A stretch of DNA of 64,000 nucleotides from Minisyncoccota bacterium (GTDB lineage Bacteria > Patescibacteriota > Minisyncoccia > Phycocordibacterales > CALRHW01), in assembly GCA_046350795.1 (NCBI GenBank), contig JAXLZT010000001.1:80468-144467 (forward strand), written 5' to 3'. The translations under genes were made by a program, and so were the position numbers. This document shows positions 27,872 through 37,334 of the stretch, in pieces. Below the pieces are notes generated by a model, which had not been told where the DNA came from, did not search any database, and saw nothing but the letters and a program-made list of their open reading frames with translations. Numbering within the stretch: position 1 is the stretch's first letter; each line of letters starts with the position of its first letter.

Positions 27872-30016
27872 CTATTTTCGAGACTCAACAATAGTCTTCT
27901 CCACGTTTGGAGGTACGATTTCGTAGTGATCGAATTCCATTCCAGCGTTTCCACGACCTTCTGTCATAGAGCGAAGCTGTGTAGTGTATCCAAACATTTC
28001 AGAAAGAGGCACCATCGCACGAATTACTTTTATATTCGCAGGACGATCTTCAAAGCCTTCGATAGTTGCACGCTTTGATGAAAGGCTACCCGTAATATCT
28101 CCAAAGAATTTTTCAGGCACAGTCACTTCTACTTTCATTATAGGCTCCAAGATAACAGGTCGTGCTTTCTTTGCGGCTTCTTGGAAAGCTTGTGAAGCGG
28201 CGATTTTGTAAGCGATTTCAGATGAGTCCACATCATGGTAAGAACCAAAAGTAAGCTCACAGGATACGTTTACCATTTTGTAGCCAGCCACGATACCTCT
28301 ATCCATAGCTTCTTTTACTCCCTTTTCTACAGCAGGAATAAACTCCTGAGGAATAACTCCTCCTTTGATAGAATCAATAAACTCAAATTCATCGTATCGT
28401 TTTACGTTTTTTGGTACCTTTGCTCCCTCTTCAAGCTTTTCCATAGGCTTGATAGTGATACGCACGTGACCGTACTGACCTTTTCCTCCAGATTGCTTGA
28501 TATATTTGTGTTCTGCCTCAGCAGTACCTGTAATAGTTTCCTTGTATGACACTTGTGGCTGACCGACGTTTGCTTCTACAGCAAATTCTCGTTTCATACG
28601 ATCCACCATGATTTCTAGATGCAACTCTCCCATTCCTGAGATAATAGTCTCACCTGTGTCAGAGTTTGAACTGATTTTAAATGTAGGATCTTCGTCTGAA
28701 AGTTTTTTTAGAGCAATACCCATCTTTTCCTGATCAGCTTTTGTCTTTGGCTCTATACGTAGAGATACCACAGGCTCTACGAATTTAATAGGATCAAGAA
28801 CTATCGGATTATTTTCATCAGAGAAAGTGTGAGATGTACGTGCAGATTTTAGTCCCACAGCAGCAGCGATCTCTCCAGCAAAAACTTTTTTCACTTCTTC
28901 TCGCTTGTCTGCTTGTAGTCGCACGATACGACCAAGTCGTTCTTTTTCACCAGTTGTTGAGTTGTAAATATATGTTCCCGCTTCGATAGTACCAGAATAC
29001 ACGCGGAAGAATGTGAGCTGTCCTACGAATGGGTCGTTTTGTAGTTTGAAAGCAAGTGCAGCAAATGGCTCTGTATCAGATGCTTTACGCTCTATAGTCT
29101 CTCCTGTCTTTGGATCCAGACCCGTTACAGGTGGAATATCAAGTGGAGACGGAAGGTACTCCACCACACCGTCGAGCACTAGCTGTACTCCTTTATTTTT
29201 TAGAGCAGAACCAGCGTATACAGGAATGAGTTTTACAGCTAGAGTCGCTTTTCGAAGGGTTGCCTTTAGCTCTGCAAGAGACGGCTCTTTTCCCTCTAGG
29301 TACATACTCATCTGTGCATCATCTTGCTCTACGATTTTTTCTATAAGCTCTGCGCGAAACTTTTTTGCTTCTTCTAAATATTCAGCAGGGATTTCAGCCT
29401 CACGAATAGTGTTACCCATGTTTCCTTCAAAATAGTAGGCCTTCATTTTCAAAAGATCTATCACACCTTCGAAATTTTCTTCTAGACCAATAGGAATCTG
29501 CACTCGCACAGCATTTTTATTTAGTCTGTCTACGATAGACTTGTATGAACGCTCAAAGCTTGCACCCATTCGATCGAGTTTGTTTATAAAACACACTCGT
29601 GGCACCTTTCCATCATCAGCATATCGCCAGTTGGTCTCAGATTGAGGCTCCACTCCAGCCACTCCGTCGAAAACTACCACAGCTCCGTCGAGTACTCGCA
29701 AAGAACGCTTTACCTCAGCAGTAAAGTCGATGTGTCCCGGTGTGTCGATAATATTGAATCGAAACATTTTCGCAGGATCTTTTACCTCGTATGTAGGATT
29801 CCAGAAACATGTGATAGCAGCGGCAGTAATAGTGATACCTCGCTCTCTCTCCTGCTCCATCCAGTCAGTAGTAGTGTTTCCTTCGTGCACTTCACCTATT
29901 TTGTGGCTTTCTCCTGTGTAATAAAGTACGCGCTCTGATGTAGTCGTCTTTCCAGCGTCGATATGCGCAATGATTCCAAAATTTCTAACTTTCTCTAATG
30001 GGTAGTCTCTGTTCAT
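27872..30016 (-). CDS. fusA: Elongation factor G
   Basis: [36 protein letters not shown]. Confidence 0.99.
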   Translation of the reverse strand: MNRDYPLEKVRNFGIIAHIDAGKTTTSERVLYYTGESHKIGEVHEGNTTTDWMEQERERGITITAAAITCFWNPTYEVKDPAKMFRFNIIDTPGHIDFTAEVKRSLRVLDGAVVVFDGVAGVEPQSETNWRYADDGKVPRVCFINKLDRMGASFERSYKSIVDRLNKNAVRVQIPIGLEENFEGVIDLLKMKAYYFEGNMGNTIREAEIPAEYLEEAKKFRAELIEKIVEQDDAQMSMYLEGKEPSLAELKATLRKATLAVKLIPVYAGSALKNKGVQLVLDGVVEYLPSPLDIPPVTGLDPKTGETIERKASDTEPFAALAFKLQNDPFVGQLTFFRVYSGTIEAGTYIYNSTTGEKERLGRIVRLQADKREEVKKVFAGEIAAAVGLKSARTSHTFSDENNPIVLDPIKFVEPVVSLRIEPKTKADQEKMGIALKKLSDEDPTFKISSNSDTGETIISGMGELHLEIMVDRMKREFAVEANVGQPQVSYKETITGTAEAEHKYIKQSGGKGQYGHVRITIKPMEKLEEGAKVPKNVKRYDEFEFIDSIKGGVIPQEFIPAVEKGVKEAMDRGIVAGYKMVNVSCELTFGSYHDVDSSEIAYKIAASQAFQEAAKKARPVILEPIMKVEVTVPEKFFGDITGSLSSKRATIEGFEDRPANIKVIRAMVPLSEMFGYTTQLRSMTEGRGNAGMEFDHYEIVPPNVEKTIVESRK

Positions 30017-30041
30017 AAGTATTTTTGTTCTGTTTTATTTA

Positions 30042-30566
30042 TTAGAAAAAGAGTCGGCTAAATACAAAGAAGAAGTAAGCCAAGACGATAACAAGAACGA
30101 TACCGCCAATAGAGAAATTCCTACCCTGCTTCTTGAACACTGTATTCCCTTCTCCCTGAAGACAAGTCATTACAATGATAAATGAGCCAAAAGCGAGTAC
30201 TGCTACTGAGCCAAGAGATTTGTAAAGCACATCCTTATCAGCAATAACATCCCAAATAGCAAGTACACCAAGAAGTGCCAAAATAGCAGCTGAAATTATT
30301 AGTATTACTACAGTTACGCTTCTTATTACTTGAAAAGCTGGATTTGCTACTACTGGCATAGTGATTTCTACAGCATTTTTACTTTGCATAAACTTTCCAG
30401 CGACCATTATTACTACAGCAACCGCCGCAAGAAGACCTAGAGTCTCAAAAGATTTTACGATTACATCGCTAGCAAAGAAATCCCAAATACCCAACACTGA
30501 GATGATAGAAAGCAAAGCTACCGCACAAATAAAAATAAGCCCAGCAACGTCTTGAAGTTTTTTCAT
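30042..30566 (-). CDS. Hypothetical 5-TM membrane protein with an internal duplication
   Basis: Two copies of VL(G/A)IWD...DV..KS hydrophobic hairpins. Confidence 0.8.
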   Translation of the reverse strand: MKKLQDVAGLIFICAVALLSIISVLGIWDFFASDVIVKSFETLGLLAAVAVVIMVAGKFMQSKNAVEITMPVVANPAFQVIRSVTVVILIISAAILALLGVLAIWDVIADKDVLYKSLGSVAVLAFGSFIIVMTCLQGEGNTVFKKQGRNFSIGGIVLVIVLAYFFFVFSRLFF

Positions 30567-30609
30567 AAAAACATTTACTAATTTTTAATTATTAAAATAC
30601 TAACCAATT

Positions 30610-31080
30610 TTACCATGCAAAATGAGCAAAAGCTTTGTTTGCTTCAGCCATCTTGTGTGTGTTTTCTCGCTTCTTCACAGCCTCACCTTCATTTTTACTT
30701 GCTGCGATTATTTCCTCAGCTAGTCTCATGTGCATAGGAGAGCCTTTTTTTGCACGAGCTGCCTCGATAATCCATTTCATAGATAGAGCTAGCTTTCTCT
30801 CTGGTCGTACTTCACGAGGAATTTGATAGTTGGCACCTCCCACTCGGCGAGATCGCACCTCCATCAAAGGGCCAGTATTTTTCAAAGCCATATCAAGAAC
30901 CTCAATAGGGTCTTCTGTTTTTTGCTTCTCTTTTATCTCTTGTAGAGCACCGTATACTATCTTTTGAGCAGTCTGCTTTTTGCCACTGTCCATCACATAG
31001 TTGATAAGCTTGCCCACTTTTGTGGAGTCGTATGTAAAGTCTGGACCTACTATATTTCTATTTTTTACTTTTCTTCGCAT
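30610..31080 (-). CDS. rpsG: 30S ribosomal protein S7
   Basis: EVRSRRVGGANYQIP, HKMAEANKAFAHF. Confidence 0.98.
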   Translation of the reverse strand: MRRKVKNRNIVGPDFTYDSTKVGKLINYVMDSGKKQTAQKIVYGALQEIKEKQKTEDPIEVLDMALKNTGPLMEVRSRRVGGANYQIPREVRPERKLALSMKWIIEAARAKKGSPMHMRLAEEIIAASKNEGEAVKKRENTHKMAEANKAFAHFAW

Positions 31081-31097
31081 GGGAAATTCTGTTTATT

Positions 31098-31508
31098 TTA
31101 TTTCTTAGGCTTTTTAGCTCCGTACACAGATCGACTTGTCATTCTGTCTGCAACGCCAGTAGCATCAAGTACTCCTCGCACGATAGTGTATCGTAGACCT
31201 ACGTCCTTTACACGTCCACCTCGTATCATTACCACTGAATGCTCTTGGAGATTGTGACCAATACCTGGGATGTATGCTGTGACTTCCATACCGTTTGTAA
31301 GGCGTACACGAGCGATTTTTCGGATAGCTGAGTTTGGCTTTTTAGGAGTCTTTGTTGTCACTTTTGTACATACACCTCGCTTGAAAGGAGCAGGATAGTA
31401 GACTGGTCGGTTTTTGATAACGTTAAATCCACGAGAAAGAGCGACAGCTTTTGACTTTCGCTTGTTTTTACTTCTCTTTCGTTTTACGAGCTGATTTATC
31501 GTTGACAT
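31098..31508 (-). CDS. rpsL: 30S ribosomal protein S12
   Basis: [22 protein letters not shown]. Confidence 0.98.
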   Translation of the reverse strand: MSTINQLVKRKRSKNKRKSKAVALSRGFNVIKNRPVYYPAPFKRGVCTKVTTKTPKKPNSAIRKIARVRLTNGMEVTAYIPGIGHNLQEHSVVMIRGGRVKDVGLRYTIVRGVLDATGVADRMTSRSVYGAKKPKK

Positions 31509-31610
31509 TTTGTCGATCGGCACAATTTGCCGAATAAAAAACCGCCTAGCGGAATACCACACACTTTAATATGTAACCGTAAAAAATGCAAGCGCCTTGG
31601 CGACTGCCGG

Positions 31611-32225
31611 CTAAAAACCAAGACCTGTAATCAAAGAAAAGAAAAATCCTATGATCGGAGATAAAAATCCAGCTAGGAAAAATATGAAGAAAAGCACCAT
31701 AACAAAGCCGTAGGATTCAAAAGCATTTCTAAATCTCTGGAAGTGATATGGCAATACAGAGAAAAGTATTTTTGAACCATCAAGTGGTGGAATGGGTACC
31801 AGATTAAAAACAGCAAGCATTAGATTGATGATGACCAATGTCGCAGAAATAGAAATAAATGCCGGTGAAAGTAACCCAGATCCTCCCGCGAATCTAATGA
31901 GTAAACCAAAAAATAAAGCAATGATAATATTGGACGCCGGCCCAGCCCCCGCTACTATCGCCTCTCCCCATCGTCGCGCGCGCAGATTGTAAGGATTATA
32001 CGGCACTGGTTTTGCCCAACCAAAAAGAAATCCTGATTTTGTAATAACCAAAAACGCGGGAATAATAATAGAACCCCAAAGATCGAGGTGTTTTATAGGG
32101 TTTAAAGTAAGTCTTCCCTGATGTTTGGCGGTAGGATCACCCAACATATAAGCTGCATATCCGTGAGATACTTCGTGTACCACTACGGACATTACCAAAA
32201 GAATAATTTGAAAAAAGGTTTCCAT
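31611..32225 (-). CDS. Site-2 protease family (M50) zinc metalloprotease
   Basis: HEVSH, AGPASN, FNLVPIPPLDG. Confidence 0.93.
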   Translation of the reverse strand: METFFQIILLVMSVVVHEVSHGYAAYMLGDPTAKHQGRLTLNPIKHLDLWGSIIIPAFLVITKSGFLFGWAKPVPYNPYNLRARRWGEAIVAGAGPASNIIIALFFGLLIRFAGGSGLLSPAFISISATLVIINLMLAVFNLVPIPPLDGSKILFSVLPYHFQRFRNAFESYGFVMVLFFIFFLAGFLSPIIGFFFSLITGLGF

Positions 32226-32278
32226 ATACTTGCCAAATATGAAACATATGATAGCATACAGAACATTCATTTAAAAAC

Positions 32279-32521
32279 ATGGCTAATACATGCGCAGTTA
32301 CAAAAAGGGGTTCAATTGTTGGCGGTGGCTATAGCAACCGTACTCGTGCTACACAATTTAATCCAACAGGAAAAGTCCGAAAATACCTAAATCTTCAAAA
32401 GAAGAAAATCTACGTGCCTGAATTAAAAAAGTACGTAAATATTACACTATCCACACGAGCGATAAAGACTATTAATAAAAACGGGGCTTTCGCAACACTA
32501 AAGAAAGCAGGACTAATTTAA
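32279..32521 (+). CDS. rpmB: 50S ribosomal protein L28
   Basis: CAVTKR..., NLQKKK, LSTRAIKTI pattern. Confidence 0.88.
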   Translation: MANTCAVTKRGSIVGGGYSNRTRATQFNPTGKVRKYLNLQKKKIYVPELKKYVNITLSTRAIKTINKNGAFATLKKAGLI

Positions 32522-32545
32522 AAAACCGCCTTCGGGCGGTTTTTT
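32520..32545 (+). terminator. Intrinsic terminator after rpmB
   Basis: AAAAAACCGCC-TTCG-GGCGGTTTTTT. Confidence 0.85.
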
Positions 32546-32618
32546 GCAATTGAAAACCCCACGCGCAGATACGCATGGGGTCGTGATTCATGATTGCCCG
32601 GAATCAATTCGGGTCAGG

Positions 32619-33272
32619 TCAGCCCCTCTCTCCCAACAACTCTTGATCTATGGGAGAAAATTTCGCCCTCGCCACACTCCAGTAGCGTCCTGCCTCTGAG
32701 ACAAGACCAAACTTCAGAGCAGCGGCATACAGCGATGAAAACTCCCTCTTGCGGTAATAACGATGAAACGCGGCCCGACACTGCTCATCCATACTCAGCT
32801 TCTTGTCACCCAAAGAAAGTTCCGCCTTGAGCACCATGAAGGCCAAGTCAACGAGGTGGCGTTCGACCATTTCCCTGCCCAGAGACTCACCCAGATACTC
32901 GCTTCCAAGACCGAGCTCATCCCGAAGACTGTGGATGTTGCGCACGATCTCAACACCAGCAGAACGGAGGCGGTCAAAATGACGACGAAACTTGATGACA
33001 ATCTCAAGCAGGATGAAGGAGATTGCCATGGCGATGGTGTGGTATACCAACTGAAAATCTGGTTCAAAGGACCACACAACAATTCCCAAGGAGGACAAGG
33101 TCGTCCCGAACCCGAAGAGAATAATCAGCCACATCACAATCCCCAGAATGTGAAACAGTCGGTCCGCCCTCAACACACCGTCAACCGTTTGCTGAGTTTT
33201 CTCCCAGCCAATCCATCGATCGACAAGATCCCTCGACGCCAGATTCTGATTAAGAACAGATTGCAGTGTCAT
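32619..33272 (-). CDS. Hypothetical membrane protein in a GC-rich islet
   Basis: AAGGAG 7 nt before the ATG at 33272; two TM segments; TTGACT at 33415-33420. Confidence 0.65.
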   Translation of the reverse strand: MTLQSVLNQNLASRDLVDRWIGWEKTQQTVDGVLRADRLFHILGIVMWLIILFGFGTTLSSLGIVVWSFEPDFQLVYHTIAMAISFILLEIVIKFRRHFDRLRSAGVEIVRNIHSLRDELGLGSEYLGESLGREMVERHLVDLAFMVLKAELSLGDKKLSMDEQCRAAFHRYYRKREFSSLYAAALKFGLVSEAGRYWSVARAKFSPIDQELLGERG

Positions 33273-33423
33273 TACGACACTCCTTGTTGCCCAGATTGAA
33301 ATTGGTGGGGTCAGCCACATCCATTTGCAAGTGTCAGCAAGCAAAGGATACTTCAATTTCTGATAATGCGGGCCACATTTCTCTAAAGTTGATTAAATAT
33401 CGTTTTTAGTTAAAAGTCAATGT

Positions 33424-34329
33424 CTATTTTCTACCAAACCACCCCTCCCCGTCTGATTCAAAAATAATCGTGCCACTATCGTACGTACCAAAAATCTGAA
33501 TTTTATTCTCTTTTAAACGATGAGTGACTTCTGGGCTCGGATGACCATAAGAATTGTTTTTTCCAGCAGAGATAACTGCGTATTTAGGTAAAACTTTTTG
33601 CAAAAAATCCTGACTTGTAGAAGTTTTTGATCCATGATGACCCACTTTTAAGATATCGCTATATAAATGCGCGCTACTTGTAGCAGAAAGACCCGTCTCA
33701 AGTGCGACCAAATATTTTTCTGTTTTTTCTGGAGCATCACCAGTGAGCATTATAGATGTGTTTTTATACACCAACTTCGCGACTATCGAGCCGTCATTTG
33801 TAGAAAAAGTCGATACGTCTTTGTCAGGAAAAAGTATGAATAGATGCACGTCAGTATCAAGTAAAAAATCCATGCCTCGGCGTGCGATTATCTTTTTTGC
33901 TGGCACATCATTTATATTTTTCTCTGTAGCAATAGCTTTCTCTAAATTTTTATATACCTGTGTGTCAGTGACTGTCCCAGGCTCGACCACCAAACCAACA
34001 TCAAACTTTTTTAAAACACCAAGAAAACCTTCTATATGATCCCTATCGGGATTTGTTACCACAATCATGTCTATTGAATCATCAAAAAAAGACATTCGTT
34101 TTGATAATTCACCAATGACATTATTACCAGGTCCTCCATCTACAAGAATCTGATTTCCGTTGGGGGTTTCAATAAAAATAGCGTCACCCTGTCCAATATT
34201 TAAAAAAGCAACCTCAAGCAAACCACCGCCTTTGCTAGAAAAGATAAACACCTGATACCAGACAAGCATTGAAGTAATAACGAAAAGTGTTATGAGCGAA
34301 AGTCGTGGGTATTTAAATAAGTTTTTCAT
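33424..34329 (-). CDS. ComEC/Rec2 metallo-beta-lactamase domain protein
   Basis: NIGQGDAI, VDGG, TNPDRDH, LTGDA, LKVGHHGS, YGHP. Confidence 0.9.
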   Translation of the reverse strand: MKNLFKYPRLSLITLFVITSMLVWYQVFIFSSKGGGLLEVAFLNIGQGDAIFIETPNGNQILVDGGPGNNVIGELSKRMSFFDDSIDMIVVTNPDRDHIEGFLGVLKKFDVGLVVEPGTVTDTQVYKNLEKAIATEKNINDVPAKKIIARRGMDFLLDTDVHLFILFPDKDVSTFSTNDGSIVAKLVYKNTSIMLTGDAPEKTEKYLVALETGLSATSSAHLYSDILKVGHHGSKTSTSQDFLQKVLPKYAVISAGKNNSYGHPSPEVTHRLKENKIQIFGTYDSGTIIFESDGEGWFGRK

Positions 34330-34337
34330 GATGAAGG

Positions 34338-34451
34338 TGATTTTTGGATTATGACCTTCGAAGGGGGTCGCGAGCGCGACGGTGCGAGCGTTTCAGGACT
34401 TTTTAAGCTTCAAAAAGTCCGTACCCTGAGAATGTCATAATCCAAAAATCA
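34338..34451. repeat. Palindromic MITE/REP-like element with 18-bp terminal inverted repeats
   Basis: TGATTTTTGGATTATGAC ... GTCATAATCCAAAAATCA enclosing a GC-rich core and an inner hairpin. Confidence 0.7.
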
Positions 34452-34473
34452 AATAATTTGATATGATAAACGC

Positions 34474-35073
34474 ATGAAACCATACACAGAACAAAAATTT
34501 AATATTCCAGAGCTTACAGGTATTTCTAAGAAAAATATCGAAGAGCATCTCAAGCTTTACTCAGGGTATGTAAAAAATACCAACCTTATAGCAGAAAAAA
34601 TAGCCGATCTGCAAAAAGACAGCGAAAAAAATGCTTACATGATCGGCGAGCTTCAGAGGCGTTTTGGTTTTGAATTTGATGGAATGAGAAATCATGAATA
34701 TTATTTTAAAAGCTTAGAGGGCGGACACTCAGAGATCAACGCAGGTGACCTAAAGAGTATGATTGAGTCCCAGTTTGGTAGCTTTGACGCTTGGCTTGCT
34801 ACATTTACAGCTATGGCAATGACTCGAGGAGTGGGCTGGGCAATGCTTTACTACGATCATCACGCTGGACAGCTCGTACATGCTTGGGTAGAAGAACAAC
34901 ACCTCGGACATCTTACCGGTCTACAGCCAGTCCTCGCTCTCGATATGTGGGAACATGCATATGTATATGACTATGCAACATCTGAAAAGAAAAAATACAT
35001 CGAGGCTTTTTTCAAAAATCTAAATTGGACTGCAATCGAAAATAATTTTACGGCGGCAAAGAAACTCGGCTAG
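34474..35073 (+). CDS. sod: Fe/Mn superoxide dismutase family protein
   Basis: NHEYYF, GVGWA, LDMWEHAY. Confidence 0.9.
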   Translation: MKPYTEQKFNIPELTGISKKNIEEHLKLYSGYVKNTNLIAEKIADLQKDSEKNAYMIGELQRRFGFEFDGMRNHEYYFKSLEGGHSEINAGDLKSMIESQFGSFDAWLATFTAMAMTRGVGWAMLYYDHHAGQLVHAWVEEQHLGHLTGLQPVLALDMWEHAYVYDYATSEKKKYIEAFFKNLNWTAIENNFTAAKKLG

Positions 35074-36547
35074 AACGACCCCTTACCTTTCTCCATACGT
35101 AGACGACAGCAAAAACAAAATAGAAAGAAAAAACTAGCCACACGGACACTTGTGGCAAGTTTACATACGCAAAAGGCAAAGCTGAAAATATTTCTACAAC
35201 AGAAAGCATGTATTGCAGTAACAAATAAGCAAGATACCCCACCACAACAGAGAAAAAGCTACTCACGAAACCCAATATTCCTGCCAAAAAGCTCACAGCC
35301 ATAGCCATAGGCACCACAATTAACACTAAAATATTTGTAACAAGGGAAACTATAGACACCATGCCTGTCATGTATACAAGCATTGGCAAAAGAAAAACTT
35401 GAGTCGCTAAAGTCGAAGCAATAGTAGCGCGAATACCAAGTCTTTCTGGCAAAAACCATAAATACCTTTCAAAAAATGGCGAGCATACCACCAAAGCAAA
35501 TGTAGCCATACAAGAAAGCTGAAAAGATGGATCCGAAAGTAAAATAAATGGATTATGAAAGACCATCACACACGCGGCCAGAAAAAGTGCGCGCATGATG
35601 TCATACGTCCTGCCTGTCGATCTACCCACAAGTGCAATACAGGCCATGACAGAAGCACGTACCACTGTAGCACCACTACCAGTGATGAGAGCAAAAGCGA
35701 AAATACCAAATATTCCACCAGCTACACCAGCATACTTTGGCAGAAAAGAAAATATTTTTATTATAAAATCAGCGACTATAGTGACGTTGTATCCAGACAA
35801 TACCACTACATGTATGAGTCCGGACTGTCTGAATGCATTTGTAAGCTCTTTACCCAAAGAATGTTTTGCGCCAAGCAAAATGCCACCAGCTAGAGATGAG
35901 TGCGGCGCAGGTATTGCACTTTCTAAATTTTCTATAAAAGACTTCTTAGCAAACAGAAGTATACTTTTTATAAAATGACCTTGGCTGTGCGCTATGAGTG
36001 AGATCTCAGGCCGATACATTTGATAACCGATACCATCTTTTGCTAGATATGACACATAATCAAACTCTCTTCCTGTATCAGTTTCAAAATTTTCAGGCAA
36101 CTCAAGAGTGCCGGACACTAGCACTGAGTCTCCGTATGAAAAATCCTCACCCAAAGCATCATGAGCTACAGTAACCAGTATTTTCTTTTTAAAATTTTCA
36201 GCATAAGCAAATCTTTTTGGCAAAAAAGTAAGACGTGTATTATTTTCACGGATATCTGGCTCATCTACTATGAGCCCATCAATCTCTACATTTTCTCCTA
36301 CAAAATCTTCCAATGAATCATCTGAAAAATTATAAATAGCGTACGAATTCCGTAATATCCCTATGCTGGCCGAAAATACAAATACTGCACATAAAAAAAT
36401 CACAATAACCTTACGAAACAAAATAAAAACAAACAAAGATAAAACAAAAATCAATAAAGATAAGTAAAAACTCAATGGTACCAAAGAATCTATAGCCACA
36501 CCGCACAAAAAACCTGCCAAAACTGTGTATAAAATATAACCGCGCAT
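35048..36547 (-). CDS. comEC: ComEC competence protein (DUF4131 plus Competence membrane domain)
   Basis: GLIHVVVLSGYNV, VVRASVM, SFQLS; multiple TM helices. Confidence 0.92.
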   Translation of the reverse strand: MRGYILYTVLAGFLCGVAIDSLVPLSFYLSLLIFVLSLFVFILFRKVIVIFLCAVFVFSASIGILRNSYAIYNFSDDSLEDFVGENVEIDGLIVDEPDIRENNTRLTFLPKRFAYAENFKKKILVTVAHDALGEDFSYGDSVLVSGTLELPENFETDTGREFDYVSYLAKDGIGYQMYRPEISLIAHSQGHFIKSILLFAKKSFIENLESAIPAPHSSLAGGILLGAKHSLGKELTNAFRQSGLIHVVVLSGYNVTIVADFIIKIFSFLPKYAGVAGGIFGIFAFALITGSGATVVRASVMACIALVGRSTGRTYDIMRALFLAACVMVFHNPFILLSDPSFQLSCMATFALVVCSPFFERYLWFLPERLGIRATIASTLATQVFLLPMLVYMTGMVSIVSLVTNILVLIVVPMAMAVSFLAGILGFVSSFFSVVVGYLAYLLLQYMLSVVEIFSALPFAYVNLPQVSVWLVFSFYFVFAVVYVWRKVRGRSSRVSLPP

Positions 36548-36591
36548 CTATAAAATATAATGCGCAGTTATAAATTATTTTTAAATAAAAA

Positions 36592-37332
36592 CTAAAGTTT
36601 TTTCCAATCAGCAATAATCGCTTTTTCGTCACTTGCACTTAGCGCTTTTTTAAATTTAGCTCCTCGCACGCCTTTTACATGCTTTTCACACTCCGCCCAA
36701 GTAGTGTGCGTCTTTACAACACCATTTACCATACTGACATATGAATACGCTTTTGCGCGGGATCTACTTTTTGCTTCACTTTTGTCTTTTTTCTGTGCTA
36801 TTTGCCTTTCATCTAAAGAAACATTTTTTATACCACTTTTATATTCAGAAATTCTCCCAGAAAAAAGTGTTGGTGTATCTCCGGTTGCAAAACTAGACGC
36901 TATCTCATCTACCCTTTCATTACCCACAATACCAATATGACCACCAACGTAGACCCATTTTATTTTTACATCATTATTACGGAAATTTTCTACCAATAAA
37001 TCGAGCTTCTCCCACAAATCTCTATTTACCACATCTTCTTTTTGCAAAGTCTTCCAGTCACGCTTTTTCCAGTTGGAAATCCATTTTGTAATGCCATTTA
37101 TAACATAGCGTGAGTCTGTATATAGTGTGACAGATGCGGAAATTTTCTTACTAGCAAAATTTTCTAGCGCCTTTATAGCACCCACGAGCTCCATTCTGTT
37201 GTTGGTTGTATATGTTTCTCGTCCACCAAGCTCTACCACATCACCACCCGCAACAACAACAGCGCCCCACCCTCCCGGACCAGGATTTCCCTTTGATGCA
37301 CCATCACTAAATACAACGATTTCTTCTGTCAT
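36592..37332 (-). CDS. rnhA: Ribonuclease HI with C-terminal hybrid-binding (viroplasmin-like) domain
   Basis: SDGASKGNPGPGGWG, TNNRMEL, TDSRY, GNERVD; C-terminal TWAECEKHVKG..GAKFKK. Confidence 0.93.
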   Translation of the reverse strand: MTEEIVVFSDGASKGNPGPGGWGAVVVAGGDVVELGGRETYTTNNRMELVGAIKALENFASKKISASVTLYTDSRYVINGITKWISNWKKRDWKTLQKEDVVNRDLWEKLDLLVENFRNNDVKIKWVYVGGHIGIVGNERVDEIASSFATGDTPTLFSGRISEYKSGIKNVSLDERQIAQKKDKSEAKSRSRAKAYSYVSMVNGVVKTHTTWAECEKHVKGVRGAKFKKALSASDEKAIIADWKKL

Positions 37333-37334
37333 TG

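Noticed and set aside
24338-30016. Introns or inteins in tuf or fusA
   Set aside because: Both have normal lengths (399 and 714 aa) and continuous motifs. The insertions lie between genes, not within them.
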